A DNA stretch of 47,676 bases from Robiginitomaculum sp. (GCA_036478975.1 JAZGFA010000013.1:1-47676); one strand, 5' to 3'; positions 9,377 through 18,569 are shown, counted from the stretch's first letter. Notes: generated from the letters alone by a model not told the origin. Made by a program: numbers and translations.

Positions 9377-9951
9377 CATCCACCCCAACCAAACAATGGG
9401 TATTGCTCCTACGCGGCATTAATGTTGGCGGGCGAAAAATCGTCCCAATGATAGAATTGCGCGCCCTGCTAAAAGAGCTCGGTCTTGCCAATGTGCGCAC
9501 CTATATCCAAAGCGGTAATGGGGTTTTTGAAAGCGATTTGGACGCCGCCGCCCTAACGGAAAACATCGAAACGGCCATGGAAGCCAAGTTCGGCTTTCGC
9601 CCCAAAGCCATGGTGATTGCCGCGGATGATTTCATGGCGGCGATTGAAAATTGCCCCTACCCAATGGGTAATGAGGACAGCAAAACTCTGCACTTTTTCT
9701 TTTTGAGCGCAAAGTCGCAAAGCCCCGACTTAGAGGCCATAACGGAACTGGCAAAAGAGAGTGAGGCTTTCACCCTGACCGATAAGGCGTTTTACTTACA
9801 AGCGCCCGAAGGCATTGGCCGCTCAAAACTGGCGAGCAATGCGGAGAAAAAACTCGGCGTAGCCACCACGGCGCGCAATCTGCGCACGATAATGAAAATT
9901 GCCGATATGGTAGCCGGAAACAAAGCGAGGCGCTCTGCTCCAATCGCCTAA
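9373..9951 (+). CDS. DUF1697 family protein
   Basis: LLRGINVGG, VRTYIQSGN, GIGRSKL, TARNLRT; ATGA overlap with the VWA gene. Confidence 0.9.
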   Translation: MTSTPTKQWVLLLRGINVGGRKIVPMIELRALLKELGLANVRTYIQSGNGVFESDLDAAALTENIETAMEAKFGFRPKAMVIAADDFMAAIENCPYPMGNEDSKTLHFFFLSAKSQSPDLEAITELAKESEAFTLTDKAFYLQAPEGIGRSKLASNAEKKLGVATTARNLRTIMKIADMVAGNKARRSAPIA

Positions 9952-9965
9952 TGGCGGGCCAATCC

Positions 9966-10388
9966 CTAAGCCCGCGTGCGTTTGCCGCGCTCGCGCATTT
10001 CTTGCGCTTCGATGGACAGGGTTGCCACAAGCCGCGCTTCTAGGCGGCCTACGCGGATGGGATCGCCGGTCTCGTCGCAATAGCCATATGTGCCAAATTC
10101 AATCCGGCCCAGACCTTTGTCGATTTTTACAATCAGCTTACGCAAACGGTCACGGGTGCGCAGCTCTAGCTGGCGGTCGGCGGTGGCGGATGCGCGGTCA
10201 ATTGCGTCAGGGTGGCTGACGGATTCCGCTTTAAGGTTTTCCATTGTGTCTTTGGTTTGGTCCATTAAATCCGCTTTCCATTCGAGTAGTTTTTCGCGGA
10301 AATAAGATTTCATAATGACGCTCATAAAGGGCTCATTATCATTAGGCGCATAGCCCGCAGGCACGTCGATATATTTATTGTCGTTCAT
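9966..10388 (-). CDS. dksA: RNA polymerase-binding factor DksA (alphaproteobacterial single-Cys type)
   Basis: EPFM...YFREKL, coiled-coil tip DAIDRA, ELRTRDR, GTYGYCDETGDPI. Confidence 0.92.
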   Translation of the reverse strand: MNDNKYIDVPAGYAPNDNEPFMSVIMKSYFREKLLEWKADLMDQTKDTMENLKAESVSHPDAIDRASATADRQLELRTRDRLRKLIVKIDKGLGRIEFGTYGYCDETGDPIRVGRLEARLVATLSIEAQEMRERGKRTRA

Positions 10389-10530
10389 AGCTAATCCCCA
10401 AGCTATAGTGTGGTTGACTTTTTGCCATTGCGCCCGCTGTACACAAAGTCGCCGCGCGCTTCAAGCCAAAAAGTCAGCTTTGGAAAATACGGCTATTACG
10501 CGCCTTGCACGCGGCCTATTTGGGCGTTAC

Positions 10531-10555
10531 ATATGCATGAAATTGCATATTTCAT
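10531..10555. promoter_or_regulatory. Overlapping inverted repeats (possible operator) upstream of the MoxR gene
   Basis: ATATGCA-N6-TGCATAT and ATGAAAT-N5-ATTTCAT, beside a TTGCAC-N17-TACATA promoter candidate. Confidence 0.35.
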
Positions 10556-10567
10556 AGGACATGAGTG

Positions 10568-11407
10568 ATGAGTTTTAAAAGCACCGATAATTACATTGCC
10601 AGCGAAGATTTGCGCATTGCCGTCAATGCCGCTATCGCCCTAGAGCGTCCTTTGCTAATTAAAGGTGAACCGGGCACGGGCAAAACCGTGCTGGCCCATG
10701 AGATCGCTAAATCCCAAGGGACGGAGCTTTTGCAATGGCATGTTAAATCCACTACAAAAGCCCAGCAAGGGCTGTATGAATATGACGCGGTGGCGCGCCT
10801 GCGCGATAGCCAGCTTGGCGATGACCGCGTGCATGACATAGGCAATTACATTAAGCGCGGGAAATTATGGGAAGCGTTCACCGCCGAAAAGCGCCCCGTC
10901 CTGCTGATTGACGAGATTGACAAGGCCGACATCGAGTTTCCAAATGATTTATTGCAAGAACTCGACCGCATGGAATTTAATGTTTATGAGACTGGTGAAA
11001 CTGTCACGGCCAAGCAGCGCCCGATTATCATCATCACCTCCAATAATGAAAAAGACCTGCCGGACGCGTTTCTGCGCCGCTGTTTTTTCCACTATATCAC
11101 CTTCCCCGACGAAGCGGTGATGAAGGACATTATCGACGTGCATTTCCCCGACATCAAAACCCGCCTGCTTACGGCGGCGATGAAACGGTTTTATGCCATT
11201 CGCAGCGTGCCGGGTCTGAAGAAAAAACCGAGCACGTCAGAGCTGCTCGACTGGCTAAAGCTGCTAATGATTGAAGACATTGATCCGGAAGTTCTGCGCG
11301 AAACCGAAAGCGGAAAACTCATCCCGCCCCTACATGGCGCTTTGCTGAAAAACGAAGCCGACGTGCATTTATTTGAGCGCCTCGCCTTTATTACGCGGCG
11401 CGGATGA
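10568..11407 (+). CDS. MoxR-family AAA+ ATPase (CoxD-like)
   Basis: Walker A GEPGTGKT, YEYDAVARL, Walker B LLIDEIDKAD, TSNNEK.LPDAFLRRC, KKPSTSELLDW. Confidence 0.92.
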   Translation: MSFKSTDNYIASEDLRIAVNAAIALERPLLIKGEPGTGKTVLAHEIAKSQGTELLQWHVKSTTKAQQGLYEYDAVARLRDSQLGDDRVHDIGNYIKRGKLWEAFTAEKRPVLLIDEIDKADIEFPNDLLQELDRMEFNVYETGETVTAKQRPIIIITSNNEKDLPDAFLRRCFFHYITFPDEAVMKDIIDVHFPDIKTRLLTAAMKRFYAIRSVPGLKKKPSTSELLDWLKLLMIEDIDPEVLRETESGKLIPPLHGALLKNEADVHLFERLAFITRRG

Positions 11408-11421
11408 AGGCCAACCGAGGC

Positions 11422-11448
11422 TAAACGCTCCGTTCACGCCCCATACAC
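11422..11448 (+). promoter_or_regulatory. Putative response-regulator box TAAAC-N6-TTCAC-N6-TACAC
   Basis: Same 5-6-5-6-5 architecture as 1562-1588, upstream of another exported protein. Confidence 0.35.
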
Positions 11449-11499
11449 GCCGCGCGGGTTAGGTTTGCTCAATAATGCGACTCAGAGTAAAGGTTTTCC

Positions 11500-12813
11500 A
11501 TGCCCCGTTTTATCCTCTCCCCCATCCTGCCCCAGTTTATCATAAAATACCTAACGGCCCTATTTTCACTGCTTTTGTTGAGCGCATCCCCCGCAAGCGC
11601 CCAGACAAGCTTTCCCGATATTTTAGGCGATATATTTGGCGGCATTGGCCAAGAGCAAAACCCTTACGGTCAAAGGCCAAATGAAAACGCTGGACAAAAT
11701 ACTGTCTTTGTCGAAAACATTCCCGTGCAGCTAAGCTACAACCGTGACCTGCTGCCCGAAGACGCCATGCTCATTTTAACGGCGATTGCGCCACCGCCGG
11801 CCAATGTGCGCCGCGCATCGCCGCTAATTATGGGCGAGACTCGCCTATTGCTCTCCCGCCTTGCCCCGCCGCTTCAGCTTGTCATCGCCGTGCCTAGCGA
11901 CCTTGCGCGCGAATTTGACCATGCTCAAATTGAGGCCCGCATTGTTGACCGTAACGGCAATACGGCGCTTAGCCTGCGTGATAGCGCCCAATATAGCGGC
12001 GGCCAGCCTCCATTTTTGGCCCTAGAGCCGGCCGGCGCGCCGCGCGTAGAGCCTAATCCCGCCAATCCAGATGACTATCAACGCCCGCCGATTGCGCCCA
12101 ATGCGCAAATGATTAGCGGAGAGATTAGCGTGCCAAACGGCGCAAATATGTCGCGCGGCGCAACCCTCGTGCTAGAGGTCAGCGAAACCGCCCTTGCCGG
12201 CGGCATGACCCCGTCTGTCATCTTGCAAGAGCGTATCGATATTGACCAAAAACCCGCCCCCTATAGCTTTAAAATCCACGTCCCCACTGGCGCTGACGGC
12301 GCCCTCGAAGGACCGCTTCTGACCGCCTATATTGTCGACTGGGCAGGCCGAAAGACCTTTGTCGCTTCTCGCCCTACCCCTATTCGACATGACGCCGCGG
12401 CGGGGACAAATATGCCCCTACGCATCAAGCTCGACTCGATTTTAACAGGGCAACGCGCGGTGGATCAGCCCAATGCTCCCTATAGCCCGCCGCCTAATGT
12501 CATTCAAAACATTTTCGGACAAGCGCAATTTGACGCCCATAAGGGCCTGCCCAAAGGCGCAATTTTGTCGATTGCCTTGATGGATAAGGGCGCGGTTATT
12601 GACGAAAAACGTATCCCGCTTGATGGCCTCTCCGGTTATGTCGATTACAATTTCCCGCTAGAGCGCCCAATCATTCCCGGCAAGCCGCCCTTCCTGACCC
12701 TTTGGGCGACGATTATCGACACGAATGGTAATGTGCTATTTGCCAGTGAAAATGCGCAAAGCGTGAAAGACGGCTATAGCGCGCTTAAACTCAAAGCGGA
12801 CGTGCGATATTAG
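11500..12813 (+). CDS. Exported protein with three tandem YbaY/YscW-like domains
   Basis: Signal peptide (PASA/Q); three similar units LP..A.L.L...I.E.RI....P..F.....L.A.I.D..G...F joined by Pro-rich linkers. Confidence 0.7.
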   Translation: MPRFILSPILPQFIIKYLTALFSLLLLSASPASAQTSFPDILGDIFGGIGQEQNPYGQRPNENAGQNTVFVENIPVQLSYNRDLLPEDAMLILTAIAPPPANVRRASPLIMGETRLLLSRLAPPLQLVIAVPSDLAREFDHAQIEARIVDRNGNTALSLRDSAQYSGGQPPFLALEPAGAPRVEPNPANPDDYQRPPIAPNAQMISGEISVPNGANMSRGATLVLEVSETALAGGMTPSVILQERIDIDQKPAPYSFKIHVPTGADGALEGPLLTAYIVDWAGRKTFVASRPTPIRHDAAAGTNMPLRIKLDSILTGQRAVDQPNAPYSPPPNVIQNIFGQAQFDAHKGLPKGAILSIALMDKGAVIDEKRIPLDGLSGYVDYNFPLERPIIPGKPPFLTLWATIIDTNGNVLFASENAQSVKDGYSALKLKADVRY

Positions 12814-12887
12814 CAACATCGAAAGCGAAGCTTTCGATGCAATAAGTGCCGGCAGAGTGTTTCGTCAGAAACACTGGCAAGCACCAG
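12814..12887 (+). repeat. Two-hairpin intergenic repeat, copy A
   Basis: catcgaaagc-gaa-gctttcgatg then tgcc..agtgtttc-gtca-gaaacact-ggca; aligns with the reverse complement of 19826-19901 and 19944-20020. Confidence 0.85.
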
Positions 12888-12976
12888 AAGTTCGCCACCC
12901 AAACTGCAACTATATTTAGCAAGTGACCTCGCGGCCATTTCAATTTACACATTGTGAAACGCTATAAGGTTTCACC

Positions 12977-13978
12977 ATGATTAAAACATCTTCGCTTTGC
13001 GCCTCCCTGCTTATCATTGCTGGCCTAACCGCCTGCAAGCCCGCCGCTAATGACGGGGCGCGCCAATCCGTAAGCCCGCCCGCCGCCGCGATGGAAAACC
13101 AGATTTCCATATCTGCAACCCATGCCTTTGGCACCGCAAGCCCGGTTAAAACCATAGCCTTCTCCCCCAATGATGTGGCGAGTTGGCTTGGCGCTATTGG
13201 CCTATTGACCGATGACGGGGTTTTTCTAACCACTAATATTGAGGGAAAGAAATTTAATAGCCACGGGGACGGGTTTACGGGTTTAGCGGGCCTTGACCGC
13301 CCTGGCCTAGCGGCGCTTTTTATTGCCCTTGATAGGCAGGGCCGCCTTCGCCCCTTTGTTGAGTCCGACAATGTCGGCGGTTTCAAGCCCGCCCCGATTA
13401 GCTCTAGTGCGCCGCCGCTCGCGCACCTTTGCGGGGTCAGCGAGGCGCAAATATTGACCGCCATTACCAAGGCGGGGCAAATCATTAGCTTTGGCGTAAG
13501 CGGCGGCGGCGCAATTGCCCTAACATCTAAAGGCGCCCCCCATGAGGCCGATGGGGAAATCACCGACTGCGCTACGGATAAAAACGGCGAAACATACCGC
13601 TTAGAAACCCAAGCCGAGCAGCTTTATGTGCGCAATAGCGTCGGGAATGAAACCGCGATTGCTAGCGCCGCTTTGGCCCATCAAGCCCGCCTCACCCTCA
13701 TTGCCCGTGAGGGCGAGACGGCCCCTATCCTTGCCATTACTGGCCTTGACGCGGAAATGAGCCTTTATGACGGGCAAAGCCTAGAGCCGATTGTCGGGGT
13801 TGATATAATCTCCGGCCTCTCCATTAGCGGGCTTACCCAGCCCGATGCCATTGCCGCTACCGATGCCGGATTTGGCGGTAGCGGGTTTAATGAGGGCATT
13901 ATAGTTTTATCGGAGCGCGGCGAAGGGCGTATTGTCGTGCTAGCCCGCAGCTATTTGCTTGACCAAGTGACGCCTTAA
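12977..13978 (+). CDS. Lipoprotein, probable degenerate beta-propeller phytase-like fold
   Basis: Lipobox LTAC; C-terminal ISGLTQPDAIAATDAGFGGSGFNEGIIVL resembles the last blade of beta-propeller phytases. Confidence 0.55.
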   Translation: MIKTSSLCASLLIIAGLTACKPAANDGARQSVSPPAAAMENQISISATHAFGTASPVKTIAFSPNDVASWLGAIGLLTDDGVFLTTNIEGKKFNSHGDGFTGLAGLDRPGLAALFIALDRQGRLRPFVESDNVGGFKPAPISSSAPPLAHLCGVSEAQILTAITKAGQIISFGVSGGGAIALTSKGAPHEADGEITDCATDKNGETYRLETQAEQLYVRNSVGNETAIASAALAHQARLTLIAREGETAPILAITGLDAEMSLYDGQSLEPIVGVDIISGLSISGLTQPDAIAATDAGFGGSGFNEGIIVLSERGEGRIVVLARSYLLDQVTP

Positions 13979-13993
13979 AATCTGAATATCCAT

Positions 13994-14011
13994 GCGGGTC
14001 GGAGACCCCGC
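13994..14011. repeat. REP-like GC-rich hairpin between convergent genes
   Basis: gcgggtc-gga-gaccccgc; single copy in this window. Confidence 0.35.
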
Positions 14012-14090
14012 GCAGCTCAAGGCTGGTTTTCCGAATGGCTCTGGACGATGGGACACTAGCTCTTTTGGCTTAAAAAACAAGAGCGTGATT

Positions 14091-15128
14091 TTAACGGGTG
14101 GCTACGGCGCAGGTCGTCCATGTTAGCCAAACCGCAATCAGAAAAACCCCAATGCTCGACGCTTGATGGGCCAATGAGAGATGCAAAGGCGCGACCGAAA
14201 CCAGCGTCCATATGCCCAGTCCCGCCTGCCAGATAATCGACATCATCAACCAAAAGGCGATGCGGCTAGTGAACTTTCTCTGCCTGTCCCCGCGCGCCTT
14301 CAGCCATAGGGCAAGGGCGGCAATAAGGATGATATAGGCAAGCAAGCGGTGGTTAAACTGTATGGCGGCGATATTCTCAAACAGGTTTTTCCACGCGGGG
14401 TTCATCGTCAAATAGCCGCTTGGCACAAAGCCTCCGTCCATAGCCGGCCATGTATTATAGGTTTTACCCCCGTCAGTTCCGGCAACGAATGCGCCGGCGA
14501 TAATTTGCGCATATATCAACCCCAACAGGGCTAGCGATCGCAAACGTAGGCGGTATTTACGCCCGCCGGGCCAGCCGCTTAGGCTATCGAGAAATAGGGT
14601 AAAAAGCAGACCTAGAATGATAAAGGCCATGCCCAAATGAATGGCGAGCCGATATTGGCTCACCGATGTGGCATCTCCGGAAAGCCCGCTCTTGACCATC
14701 CACCAACCAATCGCGCCCTGAAGCCCAATTAGAAACAACACAGACCAAAGCTTAAGCGTCCGCCCGCGCGGCAGTTTCTTGCGCGCCAGCAAAATGAAAA
14801 ATGGCAAAGCAAAAGCAAGGCCAATGAAACGGCCAAGCTGCCTATGGGTCCATTCCCAAAAATAAATACCCTTAAACTCAGCCAAATTCATATCAGGGTT
14901 ATCGGCCATAAATTGCGGTATACGTTTATACAGCGCGAATTCCGCGTTCCATTGCTCTAGATTAAGCGGCGGCAAAGCGCCCGTAATCGGCTTCCACTGG
15001 GTAATCGACAGCCCTGAATGGGTTAGCCGCGTCGCCCCGCCGACAATAACCATCGCAATCACCAATACGCACATAAAGCCAAGCCAGCTTGGCAGGGCGC
15101 GTGATGGATAGGTGGAGGAAAATGACAT
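14091..15128 (-). CDS. ctaA: Heme A synthase (COX15/CtaA family)
   Basis: VGGATRLTHSGLSITQW, WEWTHR, QGAIGWWMVKSGL, YRLAIHL, QFNHR, LAHQ. Confidence 0.93.
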   Translation of the reverse strand: MSFSSTYPSRALPSWLGFMCVLVIAMVIVGGATRLTHSGLSITQWKPITGALPPLNLEQWNAEFALYKRIPQFMADNPDMNLAEFKGIYFWEWTHRQLGRFIGLAFALPFFILLARKKLPRGRTLKLWSVLFLIGLQGAIGWWMVKSGLSGDATSVSQYRLAIHLGMAFIILGLLFTLFLDSLSGWPGGRKYRLRLRSLALLGLIYAQIIAGAFVAGTDGGKTYNTWPAMDGGFVPSGYLTMNPAWKNLFENIAAIQFNHRLLAYIILIAALALWLKARGDRQRKFTSRIAFWLMMSIIWQAGLGIWTLVSVAPLHLSLAHQASSIGVFLIAVWLTWTTCAVATR

Positions 15129-15185
15129 GGGCTTTTATAACGGTTTTTCGCTAGTGGGGAAGCATAATGGGGCGGAAAAAATGAC

Positions 15186-15262
15186 TGGTCGGAGTGATAG
15201 GATTCGAACCTACGACCCCTAAGCCCCCAGCTTAGTGCGCTACCGGACTGCGCTACACTCCG
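15186..15262 (-). tRNA. tRNA-Pro (anticodon GGG)
   Basis: CGGAGTGTAGCGCAGTCCGGTAGCGCA-CTAAG-CTGGGGG-CTTAG-GGGTCGTAGGTTCGAATCCTATCACTCCGACCA; cloverleaf with encoded CCA. Confidence 0.97.
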
Positions 15263-15348
15263 ACACAGTGGAGGGTTTATAGGGGCGACCGCTCCGCCTT
15301 GCAACGTAAATTACGCATTAGTCTACGAAGGCTAGAAAGGGGGGATTA

Positions 15349-15897
15349 TTAGGTTTTATCCTCATCCTTAAATTGGCTCCAACGGCTACGCAGGGATGAA
15401 AGCCTATCAAGGGAGCTTTCCAGATCGGCGCGCTTTTGCGGCGCGATAGCATCAGGCTTTGGCGCGGGCGTGAACGGCACGACCACCGGCTGGACGGCGG
15501 GGGCTATTGGGGCCGTTTTAACCGCCACTGGCTTAGGCGCGGGGCGCGGCGGAGCCACAGCTTTGATACGGGCGGGCACTTGGTTACGCTGCTCTATCGG
15601 GCGCGACGTGCGAATTTCATTGGCGCTATGGCCCAGTTCAACAAGGCTTTGCGCCCCTTTGACTTTTATCAGTTTTTGCACGTCCTTGATTTTGTGTTTT
15701 TCATCATGGAGCAAAATCCGTAACCCGCGTAGAAAATCAACATCTTCGGGGCGATAGAATCGCCGCCCGCCCCCGCGTGTAATCGGTTTTAAATCGGGAA
15801 ATTTAGCTTCCCAAAAACGCAATACATGGGGCTTCAAATCCAGCTCTAAGCTGGCTTCACTAATTGACCTAAACGCGCGACTTGACTTTGTTGGCAT
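15349..15897 (-). CDS. MerR-family regulator (ihfA-linked) with Pro/Ala-rich C-terminal linker
   Basis: KS.RAFRSISEAS.ELDLKPHVLRFWE.KFP.LKP..RGGGRRFYRPED. Confidence 0.9.
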   Translation of the reverse strand: MPTKSSRAFRSISEASLELDLKPHVLRFWEAKFPDLKPITRGGGRRFYRPEDVDFLRGLRILLHDEKHKIKDVQKLIKVKGAQSLVELGHSANEIRTSRPIEQRNQVPARIKAVAPPRPAPKPVAVKTAPIAPAVQPVVVPFTPAPKPDAIAPQKRADLESSLDRLSSLRSRWSQFKDEDKT

Positions 15898-16004
15898 AAC
15901 TTTATCCCAGCCTTGACTATGCAATAATAACTTACGCAGGAAGAAATCCCACTAGCACATTGATTTTATATGCTGATTCGGCATAAATCTCATAATCAGT
16001 CTTA

Positions 16005-16019
16005 TTGAGGCAAGGTTAA
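16005..16019. promoter_or_regulatory. Possible CtrA site TTGA-N7-TTAA
   Basis: One mismatch to TTAA-N7-TTAA, between ihfA and the merR gene. Confidence 0.4.
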
Positions 16020-16026
16020 CAGCGCC

Positions 16027-16332
16027 CTAAGCGCGGCTAAGGGCGCTGGATACGCGGTCTTTTAGCACCGTGGAGGGCTTGAAGATAAGGACGCGGCGCG
16101 GGGCGATAGGAGCCTCTTTACCGGTCTTGGGATTACGGCCAATGCGCTGTTTTTTATCGCGTAGGGAGAATGTGCCAAAACCGGCGAGCTTTACGACTTC
16201 GCCGCGTAGCAAGGCGCTAATCATATGGTCGATAATCGATTCGACAAGCATGGAGGACTCCGTCCGTGACAGGCCGATTTCGCGGTAAACCGCTTCGGTC
16301 AAATCTGCTCGCGTAACCGTATTGGCACTCAT
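16027..16332 (-). CDS. ihfA: Integration host factor subunit alpha
   Basis: [23 protein letters not shown]...RIGRNPKTG; lies after fabH. Confidence 0.96.
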   Translation of the reverse strand: MSANTVTRADLTEAVYREIGLSRTESSMLVESIIDHMISALLRGEVVKLAGFGTFSLRDKKQRIGRNPKTGKEAPIAPRRVLIFKPSTVLKDRVSSALSRA

Positions 16333-16458
16333 AAGTTCCCCCTTTCCCATCTTTTAAACGCGTAAAACCCCTTAAACGCAAGAAAAATCGTTAAAAATCA
16401 AAGCTAAAATGTAAATTTTTTGCATAAGTCATGTTTCTCCACTTAATATTAGACAATT

Positions 16459-17436
16459 CTAATATCCAAGTAAAGCTGCGCCCCATGTAAAGCCCCCGCC
16501 AAAGGCTTCGAGCATAATGAGCTGGCCGCGCTTTATACGTCCATCCTCAATAGCGGCCTTAAAGGCAAGTGGCACGGAGGCAGCGGACGTATTGGCGTGG
16601 TCGGCTACGGTGGACACGACGCAGTCCGGACTAATGCCAAGCTTTTTCGCCACCCCGTTTAAAATGCGCTGATTGGCTTGGTGGGGGACAAACCAGTCAA
16701 TTTGCGCGATTGTCACCCCCGCATCCTCCGCGCAGGTCTCTATCGCCTTGACAATATCGGTCACGGCGCGGCGAAACACTTGATTGCCTTGCATTTTAAG
16801 ATGGCCCACGGTTTGGGTGCGCGAGGGGCCGCCGTCAACATAGAGCATGTCGCGGTAGCTGCCATCACTGCGGATAAAACTTTGCACGACGCCGCGGCCC
16901 TTACTGTCATCATCGGTGTTTGCCGCCGATAGCACCATAGCCCCTGCCCCGTCGCCAAACAGCACGCAGGTCGTGCGATCTTCCCAGTCTAAAATGCGCG
17001 AAAATGTCTCCGCTCCGATAAGCAGGGCGTGTTTGGCTTGGCCCGCCTTTATCATGGCGTCAACAATGGTCACGCCGTAAATAAAGCCGCTACACACGGC
17101 CTGCACATCAAAGGCGGCCCCGTGGTGAATGCCGAGGTTTTCTTGCACAATAGTCGCCGTAGCCGGAAAGGTAAAATCCGGCGTAGCCGTAGCCACAACG
17201 ATTAAATCAATATCATCCGGGGTCAGCCCCGCATGGGCCAGCGCGTCGCGGGCGGCGTGGGTTGCCAAATCAGAAGTGTATTCTCCGTCCGCCGCAATAT
17301 GGCGCTTGGATATGCCCGTGCGCGCGACAATCCACTCATCGGAAGTATTTACGCGCTGCGCCAGTTCATCATTGGTCAGAACGGCTTTGGGCAAATAGCT
17401 CCCAACGCCGGAGATGACGGTTTTAAGGGTGCTCAC
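16459..17436 (-). CDS. fabH: Beta-ketoacyl-ACP synthase III
   Basis: [45 protein letters not shown]; GTG start at 17436 chosen. Confidence 0.96.
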   Translation of the reverse strand: MSTLKTVISGVGSYLPKAVLTNDELAQRVNTSDEWIVARTGISKRHIAADGEYTSDLATHAARDALAHAGLTPDDIDLIVVATATPDFTFPATATIVQENLGIHHGAAFDVQAVCSGFIYGVTIVDAMIKAGQAKHALLIGAETFSRILDWEDRTTCVLFGDGAGAMVLSAANTDDDSKGRGVVQSFIRSDGSYRDMLYVDGGPSRTQTVGHLKMQGNQVFRRAVTDIVKAIETCAEDAGVTIAQIDWFVPHQANQRILNGVAKKLGISPDCVVSTVADHANTSAASVPLAFKAAIEDGRIKRGQLIMLEAFGGGFTWGAALLGY

Positions 17437-17440
17437 AATA

Positions 17441-18502
17441 TTAAACCTCGGATGTGGTGGTTTCAATCTCAAGCTCGGCGTCATGAAGACGCGCTAATGT
17501 GCTCTCGATTTCGGCATTAAAGTCACTCTCGGCAAGGCTCATAGCGACGTTAAGGGCGTTAGCAAAGCCGATTTTATCCGTGCCGCCATGGCTTTTAACC
17601 ACGACGCCATTGAGGCCCAAAAATGCGCCGCCATTAAAATTACGCGGATCAATGCGCGCCTTAAGCCGCTTAAACGCTAGCGCATTGATGATTTTCGCCA
17701 GCTTGCCTAAAATATTATCGTCGAGCGCTTCTTTGACAAAACCGCCAATCAACCGCCCCGTGCCCTCGGCGGTTTTCAGCGCGATATTGCCGGTAAAGCC
17801 ATCAGTGACGACCACATCGACCGCGCCTTTGGAAATATCATTGCCTTCAACATTGCCAATATAATTGAGGCCAAAGTCTAGCTCTTGGAAGCGTTTATGG
17901 GCGTTTTTATAAATCGCCGTGCCTTTTCCGTCTTCACTGCCGACATTAAGCAGGCCAACCGCCGGCGCTTGTTTGCCGGAAATCGCGCGGCAATAGGCCT
18001 CCCCGAGTACGGCAAATTCCGTCAACTGCACTTCGTCGCATTCAAGGTTAGCCCCCACGTCAAGCACAACGCATTTTCCCGTCGCGCTTGGCCAAATGCT
18101 CGCGATAGCCGGGCGTTGAACCCCCGCTTTCATCCGTAATTGCAATTTCGACATCGCCATGAGCGCGCCCGTATTGCCCGCCGATATGGCGACGCGGGCC
18201 TCGCCGGCCTTCACGCTGGCAATGGTATTCCACATGCTCGTGCCCTTGCCCCGGCGCAAGGCTTGGCTGGGCTTGGCGTCCATTTCAACGGCGGTGTCCG
18301 TGTGGAGAATTTCACTACGCTGCGCAGTCTTGGGTGCTTTTTTCAAAAGCGCCGTAATTGCCGCCTCATCCCCGTGCAAAAGAAAACGCGCCCGCCGGCT
18401 CTGGCCAATGTGTTTGAGAAAATACTCGCAACCCTTAATGACAATATCAGGGGCGTCGTCGCCGCCCATTACGTCAATTGATATAATTATGCCGTCCAGC
18501 AT
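17441..18502 (-). CDS. plsX: Phosphate acyltransferase PlsX
   Basis: [44 protein letters not shown]. Confidence 0.96.
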   Translation of the reverse strand: MLDGIIISIDVMGGDDAPDIVIKGCEYFLKHIGQSRRARFLLHGDEAAITALLKKAPKTAQRSEILHTDTAVEMDAKPSQALRRGKGTSMWNTIASVKAGEARVAISAGNTGALMAMSKLQLRMKAGVQRPAIASIWPSATGKCVVLDVGANLECDEVQLTEFAVLGEAYCRAISGKQAPAVGLLNVGSEDGKGTAIYKNAHKRFQELDFGLNYIGNVEGNDISKGAVDVVVTDGFTGNIALKTAEGTGRLIGGFVKEALDDNILGKLAKIINALAFKRLKARIDPRNFNGGAFLGLNGVVVKSHGGTDKIGFANALNVAMSLAESDFNAEIESTLARLHDAELEIETTTSEV

Positions 18503-18569
18503 GTAAATCTCCGCGATTCTCTTGGCCCTGCATAGCCCATAAGAGCCGCAAAGCCTAGGCGCAACTGGC

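Noticed and set aside
12814-12887. Hammerhead ribozyme (CTGACGA...GAAA on the minus strand of copy A)
   Set aside because: The CUGANGA core is not present in copies B and C, and stems I and II do not form
12940-13563. 207-aa antisense ORF and similar shadow ORFs throughout the window
   Set aside because: They overlap better-supported genes and show no recognisable motifs
15186-15262. tRNA-Pro as an island integration site
   Set aside because: No integrase nearby and no duplicated tRNA 3' end noticed; flanks are core genes
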